A DNA stretch of 64,000 nt from contig CAVYRF010000002.1 in the NCBI GenBank assembly GCA_963770895.1, positions 64,001 to 128,000 of the forward strand, in the 5' to 3' direction. The notes below the pieces were generated by a model. It saw only the letters and a list, made by a program, of their open reading frames with translations, made no database searches and was not told the origin of the DNA. This document shows positions 19,513 to 31,544 of this stretch, piece by piece. Numbering within the stretch: the stretch's first letter is position 1; each line of letters opens with the position of its first letter. This stretch comes from an uncultured Acidobacteriota bacterium (GTDB lineage: Bacteria > Acidobacteriota > Thermoanaerobaculia > Multivoradales > UBA5704). The position numbers and the translations under genes are program-made.

Positions 19513-20799
19513 ATGACGACCACTCGACCCGGCCCAATGCCCGCGGCTGGCTCCCCGACCGTCCTGGGGGGCTCCTTGCTGCCGGGAACCCTGCTGCTCG
19601 ACGCCGCGGGCAAGCCCGCCAGCGCCGATGCGCGGGCGCTGGCGCTTTTGGGCTGCGGCGACGTTGCGGCCCTCGCCTGCCGCTGGGCCGACGTCGCGCC
19701 GCTGCTGGCGACGGCGGGATTGCGCTTGCAACCGCATGGCGCCGGCGCCGCCCGGCCCGAGCGGCAGGGGCCGCCCGCTGACCAGGCCGGCTGGCCGCAC
19801 GCGGACGATGGAACTTCCTGCGTCGTCGAGCTGCCGCCCGCCGCTGCCGCGGCGCCGCCGGGAGCCGCGCAGCGCTTGCGCGCGTCGCTGGTCCAGCTGT
19901 GTCCGGCCAACGGCAGCGCCGGCCCGGCGGCGACGCTGCTGCTGCTGGCCGACGCCGACCGCGGCGCCGCGGTCGAAAGCGACCTGCGCGCCGCCTCGCA
20001 GATGCGGTCGCTGGCGCAGATCGCGCCGTCCGTGGCGCACGACTTGCGGGCGCCGATCAATGCCATGTCGCTCAACCTGGAGCTGCTCAAGGAGACGCTC
20101 GACGCCGCCACCGGCCCCGCCGGCGTGCCGGCGAGCGTCGCGGCGCGCGATCCCGGCGCGCGGCGCCAGCGTTACGTCGGCGTGGTGCGCGACGAGCTGG
20201 CGCGGCTGCACCAGTCGCTGGAGCTCTACATCGCCCACATCGCCGCCGGCAGCGATCGCCTCGAAGTGCTCGACCTGCGCGACGCGGCGCGCGACATGGC
20301 GGCGCTGCTGCGCCCGCCCGCCCGCAAGCAGATCGTCGGCGTCGAGCTGCTGGCGCCGGACGCGCCGGTGCCGGTCCTGGCGCAGCGCTCGATGCTGCGC
20401 CAGGCCCTGCTGCACTTAGGCCTTGCCGTGCTGGCGTCGGCGCAGCGCCAGGGGGTCGTCGAGATCCGCCTGGAGCGGCCGCTGCCCGGCCGCGCGCACC
20501 TGGTCATCGCCGCCGCGCCGCTGCCCGGAGGGGGTGCCAGCGCCGCCGCCGATGCGCGTGCCGGGGCGCCGCTGACGGCGCCCCCGGCGCTATCGTTTTC
20601 GGCCGGCGGCACCGAAGCCAGGATGGCCGTGGCGCAAGCCGCGCTGGCCTCCTTCGGCGCCAGCGTGCAGTGGGTTCGCGGTGATGCCGCCGGCGGTCCG
20701 GCGGCGGCGGTCGACCGGCCGCTGGAGGGACACGGCACCGCCGGCCCCGACGCCGCCGCGGTCGTTGAGATAGACTGGCCCCTATCCGAAGCCAACTGA
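19513..20799 (+). CDS. Histidine-kinase-like protein with degenerate ATPase domain
   Basis: H-box VAHDLRAPIN; N box replaced by QALLHLGLAV; no recognisable DxGxG/GxGLG. Start uncertain (19480, 19513 or 19537). Confidence 0.7.
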   Translation: MTTTRPGPMPAAGSPTVLGGSLLPGTLLLDAAGKPASADARALALLGCGDVAALACRWADVAPLLATAGLRLQPHGAGAARPERQGPPADQAGWPHADDGTSCVVELPPAAAAAPPGAAQRLRASLVQLCPANGSAGPAATLLLLADADRGAAVESDLRAASQMRSLAQIAPSVAHDLRAPINAMSLNLELLKETLDAATGPAGVPASVAARDPGARRQRYVGVVRDELARLHQSLELYIAHIAAGSDRLEVLDLRDAARDMAALLRPPARKQIVGVELLAPDAPVPVLAQRSMLRQALLHLGLAVLASAQRQGVVEIRLERPLPGRAHLVIAAAPLPGGGASAAADARAGAPLTAPPALSFSAGGTEARMAVAQAALASFGASVQWVRGDAAGGPAAAVDRPLEGHGTAGPDAAAVVEIDWPLSEAN

Positions 20800-20806
20800 G
20801 GAACCG

Positions 20807-22222
20807 ATGCCACACGCGCTCGCGGTAGACGACGATCCCAATTTTCTCTCGGCCTTGGTCGATATCATCGAGGGACAGGGGTTTACCACCAATACCGCCT
20901 GCAACTTGCGCGATGCCAGGGCGCAGGTCAGCCATCGCGCGCCGGACGTCGCGCTGGTCGACCTCTATCTGCCCGACGGCAGCGGCATCGATCTGCTCAA
21001 GGACCTCGAAGGCGGCCTCTCCACCGAAGTGGTGCTGATGACCGGCCACTCCGACGTCGAAAGCGCGGTGCAGGCGCTGCGCCTGGGCGCCAGCGACTAC
21101 CTCACCAAGCCGCTCGACATCGGCAGGCTGAAAAACATCCTGGCCAACGTGGTCAGCCTGGGGCCGGGGCACACCTCGGCAGGCGCCGCCACCCCCGCGG
21201 CGCGCGCCGCCGCCGGCACGGCAGCCGCCGCCACCGACTCTGACCGCGACCGCGCCGAGCAAGCCGACGAAGCAGCCCGCGCCGGGCGGCTCGGCCTGCT
21301 GCTCGGCACCTCCGAACCGATGCTGTCGCTCTACGAGATGATGCAGCGGGTGGCGCCGACCGAAGCTACCTGCTTCATCATCGGCGAAAGCGGCACCGGC
21401 AAGGACCTGGCGGCGCAGACCCTGCACCACCTCAGCCGCCGCGCCAAGGCGCCGTTCCTGCCGCTCAACTGCGGCGCCATCTCGCCGACCCTCATCGAAA
21501 GCGAGCTGTTCGGTCACGAGCGCGGCAGCTTCACCGGCGCGCAGCGGCGGCACAAGGGCTACTTCGAGCGCGCCCACGGCGGCACGCTGTTCCTGGACGA
21601 AATCACTGAGATGCCGATCGAGCTGCAGGTGAAGCTGCTGCGCGTGCTCGAAACCGGCACCGTGGCGCGCATCGGCGGCGATCAGCAGGTCGACGTGGAC
21701 GTGCGGGTGATCGCCGCCACCAACCGCGATCCACTGCGCGCGGTGAGCGACGGCAAGCTGCGCGAAGACCTCCTCTACCGGCTGCAGGTGTTCCCGTTGC
21801 AGATGCCGCCGCTGCGCGAACGCAGCGGCGACGTCGAGCTGCTGGCCAATTTCTTCCTGGGCCAGCTCAACGAACGGCAGGGCACCGCCAAGCGCTTCTC
21901 GCCCGACGCCGCGGACCGGCTGGGCGGCCACGCCTGGCCGGGCAACGTGCGCGAGCTGAAAAACGTCGTGCACCGCGCCTTCATCATGGCCGACGAAGAG
22001 ATCACGCCGCGCAGCCTGCCGCGCGAAGTGGGCGGCGAGGCGGGGACCGTCCGCAGCCTCCACTTCCGCGTCGGCGCCTCGATCTCGGACGTCGAGCACC
22101 GCCTGATCATGGCCACCCTCGACGCCTACGCCGGCAATAAACGCAAGACTGCGGAAGTCCTTGGGGTGAGCTTGAAGACGTTGTACAATCGCCTCAACAC
22201 ATACCGCGTCGGTGAGGTCTAG
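20807..22222 (+). CDS. Sigma54-dependent NtrC-family response regulator
   Basis: Receiver (VDDD, VDLYLPD), [31 protein letters not shown], Fis-type HTH. Confidence 0.95.
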   Translation: MPHALAVDDDPNFLSALVDIIEGQGFTTNTACNLRDARAQVSHRAPDVALVDLYLPDGSGIDLLKDLEGGLSTEVVLMTGHSDVESAVQALRLGASDYLTKPLDIGRLKNILANVVSLGPGHTSAGAATPAARAAAGTAAAATDSDRDRAEQADEAARAGRLGLLLGTSEPMLSLYEMMQRVAPTEATCFIIGESGTGKDLAAQTLHHLSRRAKAPFLPLNCGAISPTLIESELFGHERGSFTGAQRRHKGYFERAHGGTLFLDEITEMPIELQVKLLRVLETGTVARIGGDQQVDVDVRVIAATNRDPLRAVSDGKLREDLLYRLQVFPLQMPPLRERSGDVELLANFFLGQLNERQGTAKRFSPDAADRLGGHAWPGNVRELKNVVHRAFIMADEEITPRSLPREVGGEAGTVRSLHFRVGASISDVEHRLIMATLDAYAGNKRKTAEVLGVSLKTLYNRLNTYRVGEV

Positions 22223-22380
22223 GCGGAAACCAGCCAAAGACGCCCTGACGTGAGCGGAGTTGTTGCCCCCCGGATAGCCGGGTTCCCGGCGTCCGCTACA
22301 CCGGCCCCTTGAGGAGCCGAACGGGAGGTTGTATACTTCGCGCTCGTCCGACGACTTAGGATGTCCTGGACGGGAGACTC

Positions 22381-22396
22381 TGGCACAAAACCTGCT
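22381..22396 (+). promoter_or_regulatory. Putative sigma54 -24/-12 promoter
   Basis: TGGCACAAAACCTGCT upstream of the BON gene. Confidence 0.65.
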
Positions 22397-22472
22397 TTCT
22401 TAGCACCTTGGTGCAAGGTCTTGAGCCGCAGAGCTCAGCCCATCAGGTCAACGCCCTGAGGAGACGGATGCA

Positions 22473-22820
22473 ATGGATGCATGTGGAAGTCAGGAGAGCC
22501 ATAGAAGGATTTTCCATGCGACCGTCCTTTTGCTCCTCGTCTCTGCCAGTTTCGGGGGGGGTCTGCTCGTTGGGTGCAGGACTGCCGAACCGGCGCGCCT
22601 GCAGGCCGACGATGCTTCGATCACTGCCAGGATCAAAGCCCAGCTGGCGACCGATAGCGACATCAACTCGTTCAACCTCGACGTGACCACCAACCGGGGC
22701 GTGGTAACCCTCCAAGGGCGGGTGAAGACCGAGGAAGCCCGCGAGACGGCGGAGCGTTATGCGCGTCAGACGGACGGTGTGCAGCGCGTCGTGAACCTGG
22801 TCAAGGTGGGCGATTCGTAG
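22473..22820 (+). CDS. BON-domain (OsmY-like) lipoprotein
   Basis: LVGC lipobox; DDASITARIKAQL...GVVTLQG...GVQRVVN. Confidence 0.85.
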   Translation: MDACGSQESHRRIFHATVLLLLVSASFGGGLLVGCRTAEPARLQADDASITARIKAQLATDSDINSFNLDVTTNRGVVTLQGRVKTEEARETAERYARQTDGVQRVVNLVKVGDS

Positions 22821-22876
22821 TCCCATCGCCCTTTCATCTTCAATCCAGTCACATGTCAGAAGGGAGACAAATTACC

Positions 22877-23134
22877 ATGAAGAAGTCGCTCGCGTTCCTG
22901 TCGTTGACGTGCTTGCTCGTCGGCATGCTCAGCTTGGTCGGCTGCAAGAAGGAGGAGACCACCGAGGAGACCACGACTCCTGCGACCACCTCCGCCCCCG
23001 CCACTGAGACCACCACCACCAGCGACGCCATGGGCACTGGTACCACCACCACGACCACCATGGGTACCGACAACATGGGCACGGCGACCGCCGGCGGCAC
23101 CATGGGTACCGACAACATGGGCACTGGTCACTAA
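22877..23134 (+). CDS. Small Thr-rich disordered lipoprotein
   Basis: MKK...LVGCKKEE lipobox; TMGTDNMGT repeated twice. Confidence 0.75.
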   Translation: MKKSLAFLSLTCLLVGMLSLVGCKKEETTEETTTPATTSAPATETTTTSDAMGTGTTTTTTMGTDNMGTATAGGTMGTDNMGTGH

Positions 23135-23202
23135 GAAACAGGCATCAGCCACCCAGCAACGCCGGTTTCAGTCCGCGGACTGTTGCTCAAAGCAGGACTC
23201 TG

Positions 23203-23241
23203 AAGGGGCGCACCCACGCGGGGCGCCCCTTTTTGTATTTT
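23203..23241 (+). terminator. Intrinsic terminator
   Basis: AAGGGGCGC...GCGCCCCTT stem followed by TTTGTATTTT. Confidence 0.8.
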
Positions 23242-23274
23242 GGATTGGGCCCCTGCCCGGCGCGGCGGGCGCGC

Positions 23275-23928
23275 TCAGGCCACCGGGCGGCGGATGTCCA
23301 GGAGAAACCGGGCAACCGCGGCGCGGAACGGGTCGGTCCATTCGTGGCCGCCCTCGAAGATCACCGGCTGGATGTCGATGCCCTTCTGGCGCAGCAGCTC
23401 GACGTCGTGCTCCATCTTGGCCGCGTCGTACCACTCCTCGCTGCGGCCGCGGCCGAGCAGCACCGGCGGGAAGTCTGCCAGATCGCGATCCTCCAGCTCG
23501 GGCGGCACGTCGCCGCCGAGCACCACCAGGCCGTGGCAGGGATGGCCGCAGCCGGCGGCGGCGCGATACGCCATGGCGGCACCCTGTGAAAAACCCAGGT
23601 ACACCAGGCAGGCGTCCGGCGGCAGCTCTTCGCGCAGGGCGGCGATGACCCCCGCGACATAGGCGACGTTGTCGGCGATCGCCTGCTCGCGATTGAAACG
23701 GGTCATCCAGCTGGCGATGACTTCTCCCTGGCGGTTGTAGAACGGGTGCAGCGCCTGCACCGCGCAGAGCGCCCACCTGGCGGCGCCGGGGATGCGCCGC
23801 AGCTGAGCCAGGTGATGTTCGGCGTTCTCGCCGTAGCCGTGGAAACCGATCAGGCATCCGGTCGGCTCGGGCGGCACCTCGAGCAGGTAGTGCCCGTGCA
23901 CACGAGTCGCGATCTGGCGGATTTCCAC
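23275..23928 (-). CDS. Alpha/beta-hydrolase (phospholipase/carboxylesterase family)
   Basis: FHGYG, GFSQG nucleophile elbow, GGHEW. Confidence 0.85.
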   Translation of the reverse strand: MEIRQIATRVHGHYLLEVPPEPTGCLIGFHGYGENAEHHLAQLRRIPGAARWALCAVQALHPFYNRQGEVIASWMTRFNREQAIADNVAYVAGVIAALREELPPDACLVYLGFSQGAAMAYRAAAGCGHPCHGLVVLGGDVPPELEDRDLADFPPVLLGRGRSEEWYDAAKMEHDVELLRQKGIDIQPVIFEGGHEWTDPFRAAVARFLLDIRRPVA

Positions 23929-24068
23929 CGGCAGAGCCTCCTTGCCATCAAGCGGATCGGGGTGCCGGACACGCGTCCGGCGTCACAAGCGAAGTAACCG
24001 GCGGCGCCAGCCGGCCATTCCCTGCGGCCCGTCGCGCCTGCTCCGCTCAGCCGGCGCGGCCAATCACG

Positions 24069-24919
24069 TCAGCTGGCTCTGCCGGCTCCCAGGCCGCGCC
24101 ACGTGCCGCCGCCGGACGAGCCGCGGCCGTGCAGCGGCGCTGCCAGGTCGCGGATGCGCTCTTCGAGCAGCTGCGGCAGCCTGGGATCGCTCCCCTTCTG
24201 CTCCACCAGCCGCACCAGGGCGCTGCCCACCACCACGGCGTCGGCCACATCGCCGATCGCCGCCACCTGCGCCGGGCTGGAGATGCCGAAGCCGACCGCC
24301 AGGGGGAGGTGAACGCGCCGGCGCAGGCGTTTGACGTCGCGCAGCAGGTCGTCCGGCAGGCTGTCGCGCTCGCCGGTGACGCCGGTGCGCGAGACGTAGT
24401 ACAGGAAGCCCGAGGCGGCCTCCTCCGCCGCGGCCACACGCTCCCGCGTGCTGGTCGGGGCCAGCAGAAACACCGTGTCCACACCGCGCTCGCGCAGCTC
24501 GGGTACCAGCTCGCGCCGCGCCTCCTCGGGCGGCAGGTCGACGCAGAGCACACCGTCGACGCCCGAAGCCGCCGCCTGCTCGGCGAAGCGATCGATGCCG
24601 CGCGCGTACAGTGGGTTGTAGTAGCTGAACAGCACGATCGGCACTCCCAGCCGGTCGCGGTGCCGCGCCACAACCTCCAGAATGCCGCCGAGGGTGACGC
24701 CGGCGGCCAGAGCGCGCGCCGCCGCCCGCTGGTTGACCGGCCCGTCGGCGATGGGATCGCTCCAGGGGACGCCCAGCTCGACGATGTCGGCGCCGCCGGC
24801 AGCCATCGCCTGCAGCTGGTCGGCGGTCGAGCGCAGGTCGGGATCGCCGGCCATCACGAAGGGCACAAAGGCGGCGCGCCGCTCGGCGGCGCAGCGCGCG
24901 AAGACGTCGGCGATCGCGC

Positions 24920-24923
<4 letters not shown>
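24069..24923 (-). CDS. trpA: Tryptophan synthase alpha chain
   Basis: [32 protein letters not shown]. Confidence 0.97.
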
Positions 24924-26630
<1,707 letters not shown>

Positions 26631-26656
<26 letters not shown>

Positions 26657-27290
26657 TGCTTATCTCCTCAAAAAGCTGCCGCAGCAGCTGCGGGTCCTTT
26701 TTGCCGGGAGCCGATTCCACGCGGGAGCATACGTCAACCGCGTACGGCCGGAGCGTCGCGACCGCCTGCCGCACGTTGTGCGGCCCCAGCCCGCCTGCCA
26801 GAAATACGCGCCTGCCGGCTTCGCCGGCCAACACCGCCGCCAGCCGCCCGTAGTCCCACGCCCGGCCGCTGCCGCCGTAGACCGGCGCGCCGCCGCCGAT
26901 CGCGGGGGCGTCGAACAGCACCCCCCAGCAGGATGCGAACGCCGGCGGGACGGCGGCGGGCGATCGCAGCGCCTTGATGGAGCGCCCGGCGTGGGGCGCC
27001 ACCAGAGCCGCCGGCTCGTCGCCGCTGAACTGCAGCAGGTCCAGGTCGGCGGCGTCCTGTGCGGCCTCCAGCTGGGCGGCGGTGGGATGCACGAAGACGC
27101 CGACCACCATGATGCGCGGCGACACCGCGCGCGCCGCGGCGGCAATCTGGCGCGCGCGGGCGGCGTCGACGCAGCGCGGGCTGCCGGGCCAGAAGTTGAG
27201 ACCCAGAAAGCCCGCCCCCAATTCCGCGGCCAGCGCCGCCGACGCCGCATCGGCGACGCCGCAGATCTTGACCGCGACCGGCGGCGTCAT
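26631..27290 (-). CDS. trpF: Phosphoribosylanthranilate isomerase
   Basis: [27 protein letters not shown]. Confidence 0.93.
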
Positions 27291-28225
27291 CGCGCCGTCA
27301 CCCCGTCGCGCTGCCCACCGGCGCCGGCGCCGCCACCGCAAAGCGCGGCCAGAGCGGCGGCGGGATCGGCGGCCAGCAGCAGCGATTCGCCGACCAGCAG
27401 CGCGTCGAAGCCGCTGTCGGCGAGCAGCGCCACGTCCAGGGCATCGCGGATGCCGCTTTCGGCCACCTTGACCGCACCCGGCGGCAGCGCCGGCAGCAGC
27501 GCGATCGAGCGCTCCAGGTCGACCGAGAAATCCCGCAGGTCGCGACTGTTGATGCCGACCAGCTCCCAGGGCTCGCCGGCCAGCTTCGCCACGTCCGCCG
27601 CGTCGTGCGTCTCGACCAGCGGCACCAGGCCCAGCGCGCGCGCCTGGCCGGCCAGCCGCGCCAGGTCGTCGGGTTCGAGCAGCGCCGCGATCAGCAGCAC
27701 GGCGGCGGCGCCGGCGCGCTGCGCCCACAGCAGTTGCAGCGGGTCGACCACAAAATCCTTGGCGACCGCCGGCAGCCCGGCGGCCTCTGCGCAGGCGGTC
27801 AGCAGCTCGTAGCTGCCGTGAAAAAAGTCGGGCTCCACCACCACCGACAGCGCCGCGGCGCCGCCGGCCCCGTAGAGCCGCGCCTGCGCCAGCGGTTCGA
27901 CCCGGCCGTGCAGGGAACCCAGACGCGGCGAGCCCATCTTCACCTCGGCGATGATCGCCGGAAGCGCCGGGGTCGCCGGGAGCTCCAGGGTCTCCGACTC
28001 CTCCAGGAGCGTCGAGGGCAGCGGCGCCGCCGGGGCACCCCTCGAGCCGGCGGCCAGCGCCGCCAGGAAGGTATTGTCGCGCGCCGACACCGGCGGGCCC
28101 TGGCCCAGCCCATCGGCCGCCGCGGCGTCATCGGGCCGGTCGCGCCGCGCCTCCCGCAGGCGCTCGCGGCGGCGCAGGGCGATGCGCCGCAGGATGTCGG
28201 GCACGGCGGCGTCGCCGGCGCTCAC
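27287..28225 (-). CDS. trpC: Indole-3-glycerol-phosphate synthase
   Basis: IIAEVKMGSP, KDFVVD, GINSRDL, AESGI, LVGESL; GTG start. Confidence 0.94.
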   Translation of the reverse strand: MSAGDAAVPDILRRIALRRRERLREARRDRPDDAAAADGLGQGPPVSARDNTFLAALAAGSRGAPAAPLPSTLLEESETLELPATPALPAIIAEVKMGSPRLGSLHGRVEPLAQARLYGAGGAAALSVVVEPDFFHGSYELLTACAEAAGLPAVAKDFVVDPLQLLWAQRAGAAAVLLIAALLEPDDLARLAGQARALGLVPLVETHDAADVAKLAGEPWELVGINSRDLRDFSVDLERSIALLPALPPGAVKVAESGIRDALDVALLADSGFDALLVGESLLLAADPAAALAALCGGGAGAGGQRDGVTAR

Positions 28226-29328
28226 GCCAGGAATCTCACCAGCTGGAAGAGCTTGTCGGCCGCCTCGCCGGACGTCAGCGCCTCGCGTGCCCGCTCGACG
28301 CCCGCGGCCAGGTCGGGGACCAGGCCGGCGACGTAGAGCGCGGCGCCGGCGTTGAACACCGTCACGTCGGCCAACGCCCCGGTGCCGCTCGCCAGCAGCT
28401 CGCGCATCAGGGCGGCGTTGTGGTCGGGGCCGCCGCCGGTCAGCTCGGCCAGGGTGGCGCGCCGCAGGCCGAAAGTTTCGGGCTCCAGGGTGTAGCAGCG
28501 GACCTCCCCCTGGCGCACCTCGCACACTTGGGTCGTGCCGGTGGTGGTGATTTCGTCCAGGCCGTCGTGCCCATGCACCACCAGGGCGTGCTCGCTCCCC
28601 AGCTCGGCCAGCACCCGGCCGATCGGCTCGACCAGCGCCGCGGCGTAGACGCCCATCAGCTGGCGGCGGGCGCCCGCGGGGTTGGTCAGCGGCCCCAGGA
28701 CGTTGAACACGGTGCGCAGCGCCAGCTCGCGCCGCACCGGCATCACCTCGCGCATGCCGGGGTGGAAGTAGGGGGCGAACAGGAAGCAGATCCCCACCTG
28801 TTCCAGGGCGCGGCCGGCGTTGGCCGGGTCCTCGTCGAGCCGCACGCCGAGCGCCGCCAGCACGTCGGCGCTGCCCGAGCGGCTGGACACCGACCGGTTG
28901 CCGTGCTTGGCGACCGGCGCGCCGGCGGCGGCGGCGACCAGCGCCGCGGCGGTCGAAATGTTGAACGTGCCGGCGCCGTCGCCGCCGGTGCCGCAGGTGT
29001 CGACGACCCCCGCGCGGACATGGGGGATGGGCGTCGCGCGCTGCCGCATCGCCGCCGCGGCGCCGGCGATCTCGGAGACCGATTCGCCCTTCATGCGCAG
29101 CGCCACCAGCAGCGCGGCCTTCATCGTGTCGCTCAGCTCGCCGTCGATCATGCGGCCGAACAGCAGCTCGGCTTCCTGGCGGTCCAGGCTCTGCCCCAGG
29201 GTGATGCGGCGCAGCGCATCGCGGGGCTCCTGCTGCGGCGGCACCGGGGAGGGCGCGGCGACCGCGGCGGGAGACGCGGGCTCAGCGGGCCGGGCAGCAG
29301 CGGCGGACGGGTCGGGGTTGTCGGCCAT
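28222..29328 (-). CDS. trpD: Anthranilate phosphoribosyltransferase
   Basis: DTCGTGGDG, NISTA, KHGNRSVSS, GLDE. Confidence 0.96.
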   Translation of the reverse strand: MADNPDPSAAAARPAEPASPAAVAAPSPVPPQQEPRDALRRITLGQSLDRQEAELLFGRMIDGELSDTMKAALLVALRMKGESVSEIAGAAAAMRQRATPIPHVRAGVVDTCGTGGDGAGTFNISTAAALVAAAAGAPVAKHGNRSVSSRSGSADVLAALGVRLDEDPANAGRALEQVGICFLFAPYFHPGMREVMPVRRELALRTVFNVLGPLTNPAGARRQLMGVYAAALVEPIGRVLAELGSEHALVVHGHDGLDEITTTGTTQVCEVRQGEVRCYTLEPETFGLRRATLAELTGGGPDHNAALMRELLASGTGALADVTVFNAGAALYVAGLVPDLAAGVERAREALTSGEAADKLFQLVRFLA

Positions 29329-29332
29329 GGTG

Positions 29333-29525
29333 GGGGTCTCAGGGTCTCGGGGTCTCGGGGTCTCAGGGTCTCAGGGTCTCGGGGTCTCAGGGCCTCAGGG
29401 TCTCAGGGTCTCGGGGTCTCAGGGTCTCGGGGTCTCAGGGTCTCGGGGTCTCGGGGTCTCAGGGTCTCGGGGTCTCAGGGGCTCGCTGGTCTCAGGGGCT
29501 CGGAGGCACAGGGTCGATGGGTCTC
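29333..29525 (+). repeat. Tandem 8-bp (A/G)GGGTCTC repeat: 18 near-perfect units (29333-29476) plus about 5 degenerate
   Basis: Direct reading; fills the whole trpG-trpD intergenic gap. Confidence 0.95.
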
Positions 29526-30096
29526 AGGCGCGGCAGATCGCCAGGAAGTTGGCGATCAGGCCGGGACCGGCGCCGGTCAGGATCGATTCGGGGTGGAACT
29601 GCAAACCGAAGTGAGGCAGCTCGCGATGGCGCAGGCCCATCACCTCGCCGTCGTCCTCGCTCCAGGCGGTGGCCGCCAGCTGCGGCGGCAGCGAATCCTG
29701 GCGCACCGCCAGGCTGTGGTAGCGCGTCGCCTCGAAGGGCTGCGGCAGGCCGGCGAAGATCCCTTCGCCGTCATGCCGCACCATCGAGGTCTTGCCGTGC
29801 ATCGGGCGGGCGGCGCGCTCGACCGTGGCACCGCACGCAACCGCCAGCGCCTGGTGGCCCAGGCAGACGCCCAGCAGCGGCAGCGGCGGCGCGCGGCGGA
29901 TCAGCTGGACGCACAGGCCCGCCGCCTCGGGGCGGCCGGGGCCCGGCGACACCACGATGCCGCGCGGCCGGCGCGCCAGCAGGTCGTCGACCGCCAGCGC
30001 GTCGTTGCGCACCACCTCCACCTGCTCGCCGGCGCCGGCCAGCATCTGCACCAGGTTGAAGGTGAACGAATCGTAGTTGTCGATCACCAGGATCAT
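29524..30096 (-). CDS. trpG: Anthranilate synthase component II (glutamine amidotransferase)
   Basis: IDNYDSFTFN, SPGPG, GVCLGHQ, QFHPES. Confidence 0.95.
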   Translation of the reverse strand: MILVIDNYDSFTFNLVQMLAGAGEQVEVVRNDALAVDDLLARRPRGIVVSPGPGRPEAAGLCVQLIRRAPPLPLLGVCLGHQALAVACGATVERAARPMHGKTSMVRHDGEGIFAGLPQPFEATRYHSLAVRQDSLPPQLAATAWSEDDGEVMGLRHRELPHFGLQFHPESILTGAGPGLIANFLAICRA

Positions 30097-31544
30097 TGCC
30101 GCTCTCCGCGCTCTTCCAGGGCATCGGCCAGCGCCACCGCCGCCAGCATCGCCGCCGCCTTGCTCTCCGTTTCGCGCTCCTCGGCGGCGGGGTCGGAGTC
30201 GGCGACGATGCCGGCGCCGGCGGTGACCGAGGTCTCAGCCGCACCCACCGTCAGGGTGCGGATGGCGATGCAGGTATCGACGTCGCCGGAATACGAAAGA
30301 TAGCCGATCGCGCCGGCATACGGGCCGCGCGCCTCGGGCTCCAGCGCATCGATGATCTGCATGGCGCGGATCTTCGGCGCTCCCGACACGGTACCCGCCG
30401 GAAAGCACGACAGCAGCACGTCCAGCCCGTCGCGATCGCCGGCCAGGTCCGCCTCGACGCCCGAAACCAGGTGCATGACATGGCTGTAGCGCTCCACCTC
30501 CATGAAGGTGGGCACCCGCACGCTGCCCGGCGCCGCCACCCGCCCCAGGTCGTTGCGCCCCAGGTCCACCAGCATCACGTGCTCGGCGCGCTCCTTGGCG
30601 TCGGCCAGCAGGTCCGCCGCCAGCCGCTGGTCCCCCGCCTCGTCGGCGCCGCGCGGCCGGGTGCCGGCGATCGGACGCGCCGTGAGATGCCGGCCCGTCT
30701 TGCGCACCAGCATCTCGGGCGAGGCGCCGACCAGCGCCACCTCCGGCGCCTCCAGCAGCACCATGTACGGGCTCGGGTTGACCCGCCGCAGCGCCCGGTA
30801 CAGCGGCAGCGGCGCCACCCGCCGCGGCACGCGAAAGCGCCGCGCCAGCACCACCTGGAAGATGTCGCCGGCCGCGATGTGCTCCTTGGCGGTGCCGACC
30901 GCGCGGCGGTAGGCGGCGCCGTCCAGGCCGGCGATCTCGAACTCCGGCGGCCCCGGCGCGGCGGCCGGCATGGCGACGCCGCCGCCGGCGCCGGCCGCGG
31001 TCAGCAGCCGCTCCAGCCGCTCCAGCTCGCGCTCGGCGGCGACGGCGCTGACCTGGTCTTCGATTTCGTTGGCGATCGCCAGCACGCGCTGGTACGCATG
31101 GTCGAAGATCACCAGGTTGTCGAAGCGCGCCAGCAGGGCGATCGGCCAGCCGAACGGATCGGCCGGGCGATCCGGCAAGCGCTCCAGCAGGCGCACCATG
31201 TCGTAGCCGAAATAGCCCACCAGCCCGCCGGTGAACGGCACCGGTCCGGGCGCCGCGGAGACCTCCGCCAGCACCGCGCGCAGCGCCGCCAGCGGCTCGC
31301 CTGCCAGCCGCCGCCGGCGGCCGTCGCGCTCGGCCTCCAGGCGGTCCGGGTACAGCCGCAGCACCTCGCTCGGCCCGGCGCCCAGGAAGCTGAAGCGGGA
31401 CACGCGCTGGCCGCCCGTCACGCTCTCGAACAGAAACCGGCAGCCCGGCGTCTCCGCCGCCAGCCGCCGGTAGGCCGAGAGCGGCGTCAAACTGTCCGCC
31501 AGCAGCTCGCGTACGTGCGGCGTCGCCCGCCGCGGACCGCTCAT
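30093..31544 (-). CDS. trpE: Anthranilate synthase component I
   Basis: FLFES, GDIFQVV, NPSPY, KERAEHVMLVDLGRND, GAPKIRAM. Confidence 0.95.
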   Translation of the reverse strand: MSGPRRATPHVRELLADSLTPLSAYRRLAAETPGCRFLFESVTGGQRVSRFSFLGAGPSEVLRLYPDRLEAERDGRRRRLAGEPLAALRAVLAEVSAAPGPVPFTGGLVGYFGYDMVRLLERLPDRPADPFGWPIALLARFDNLVIFDHAYQRVLAIANEIEDQVSAVAAERELERLERLLTAAGAGGGVAMPAAAPGPPEFEIAGLDGAAYRRAVGTAKEHIAAGDIFQVVLARRFRVPRRVAPLPLYRALRRVNPSPYMVLLEAPEVALVGASPEMLVRKTGRHLTARPIAGTRPRGADEAGDQRLAADLLADAKERAEHVMLVDLGRNDLGRVAAPGSVRVPTFMEVERYSHVMHLVSGVEADLAGDRDGLDVLLSCFPAGTVSGAPKIRAMQIIDALEPEARGPYAGAIGYLSYSGDVDTCIAIRTLTVGAAETSVTAGAGIVADSDPAAEERETESKAAAMLAAVALADALEERGERQ

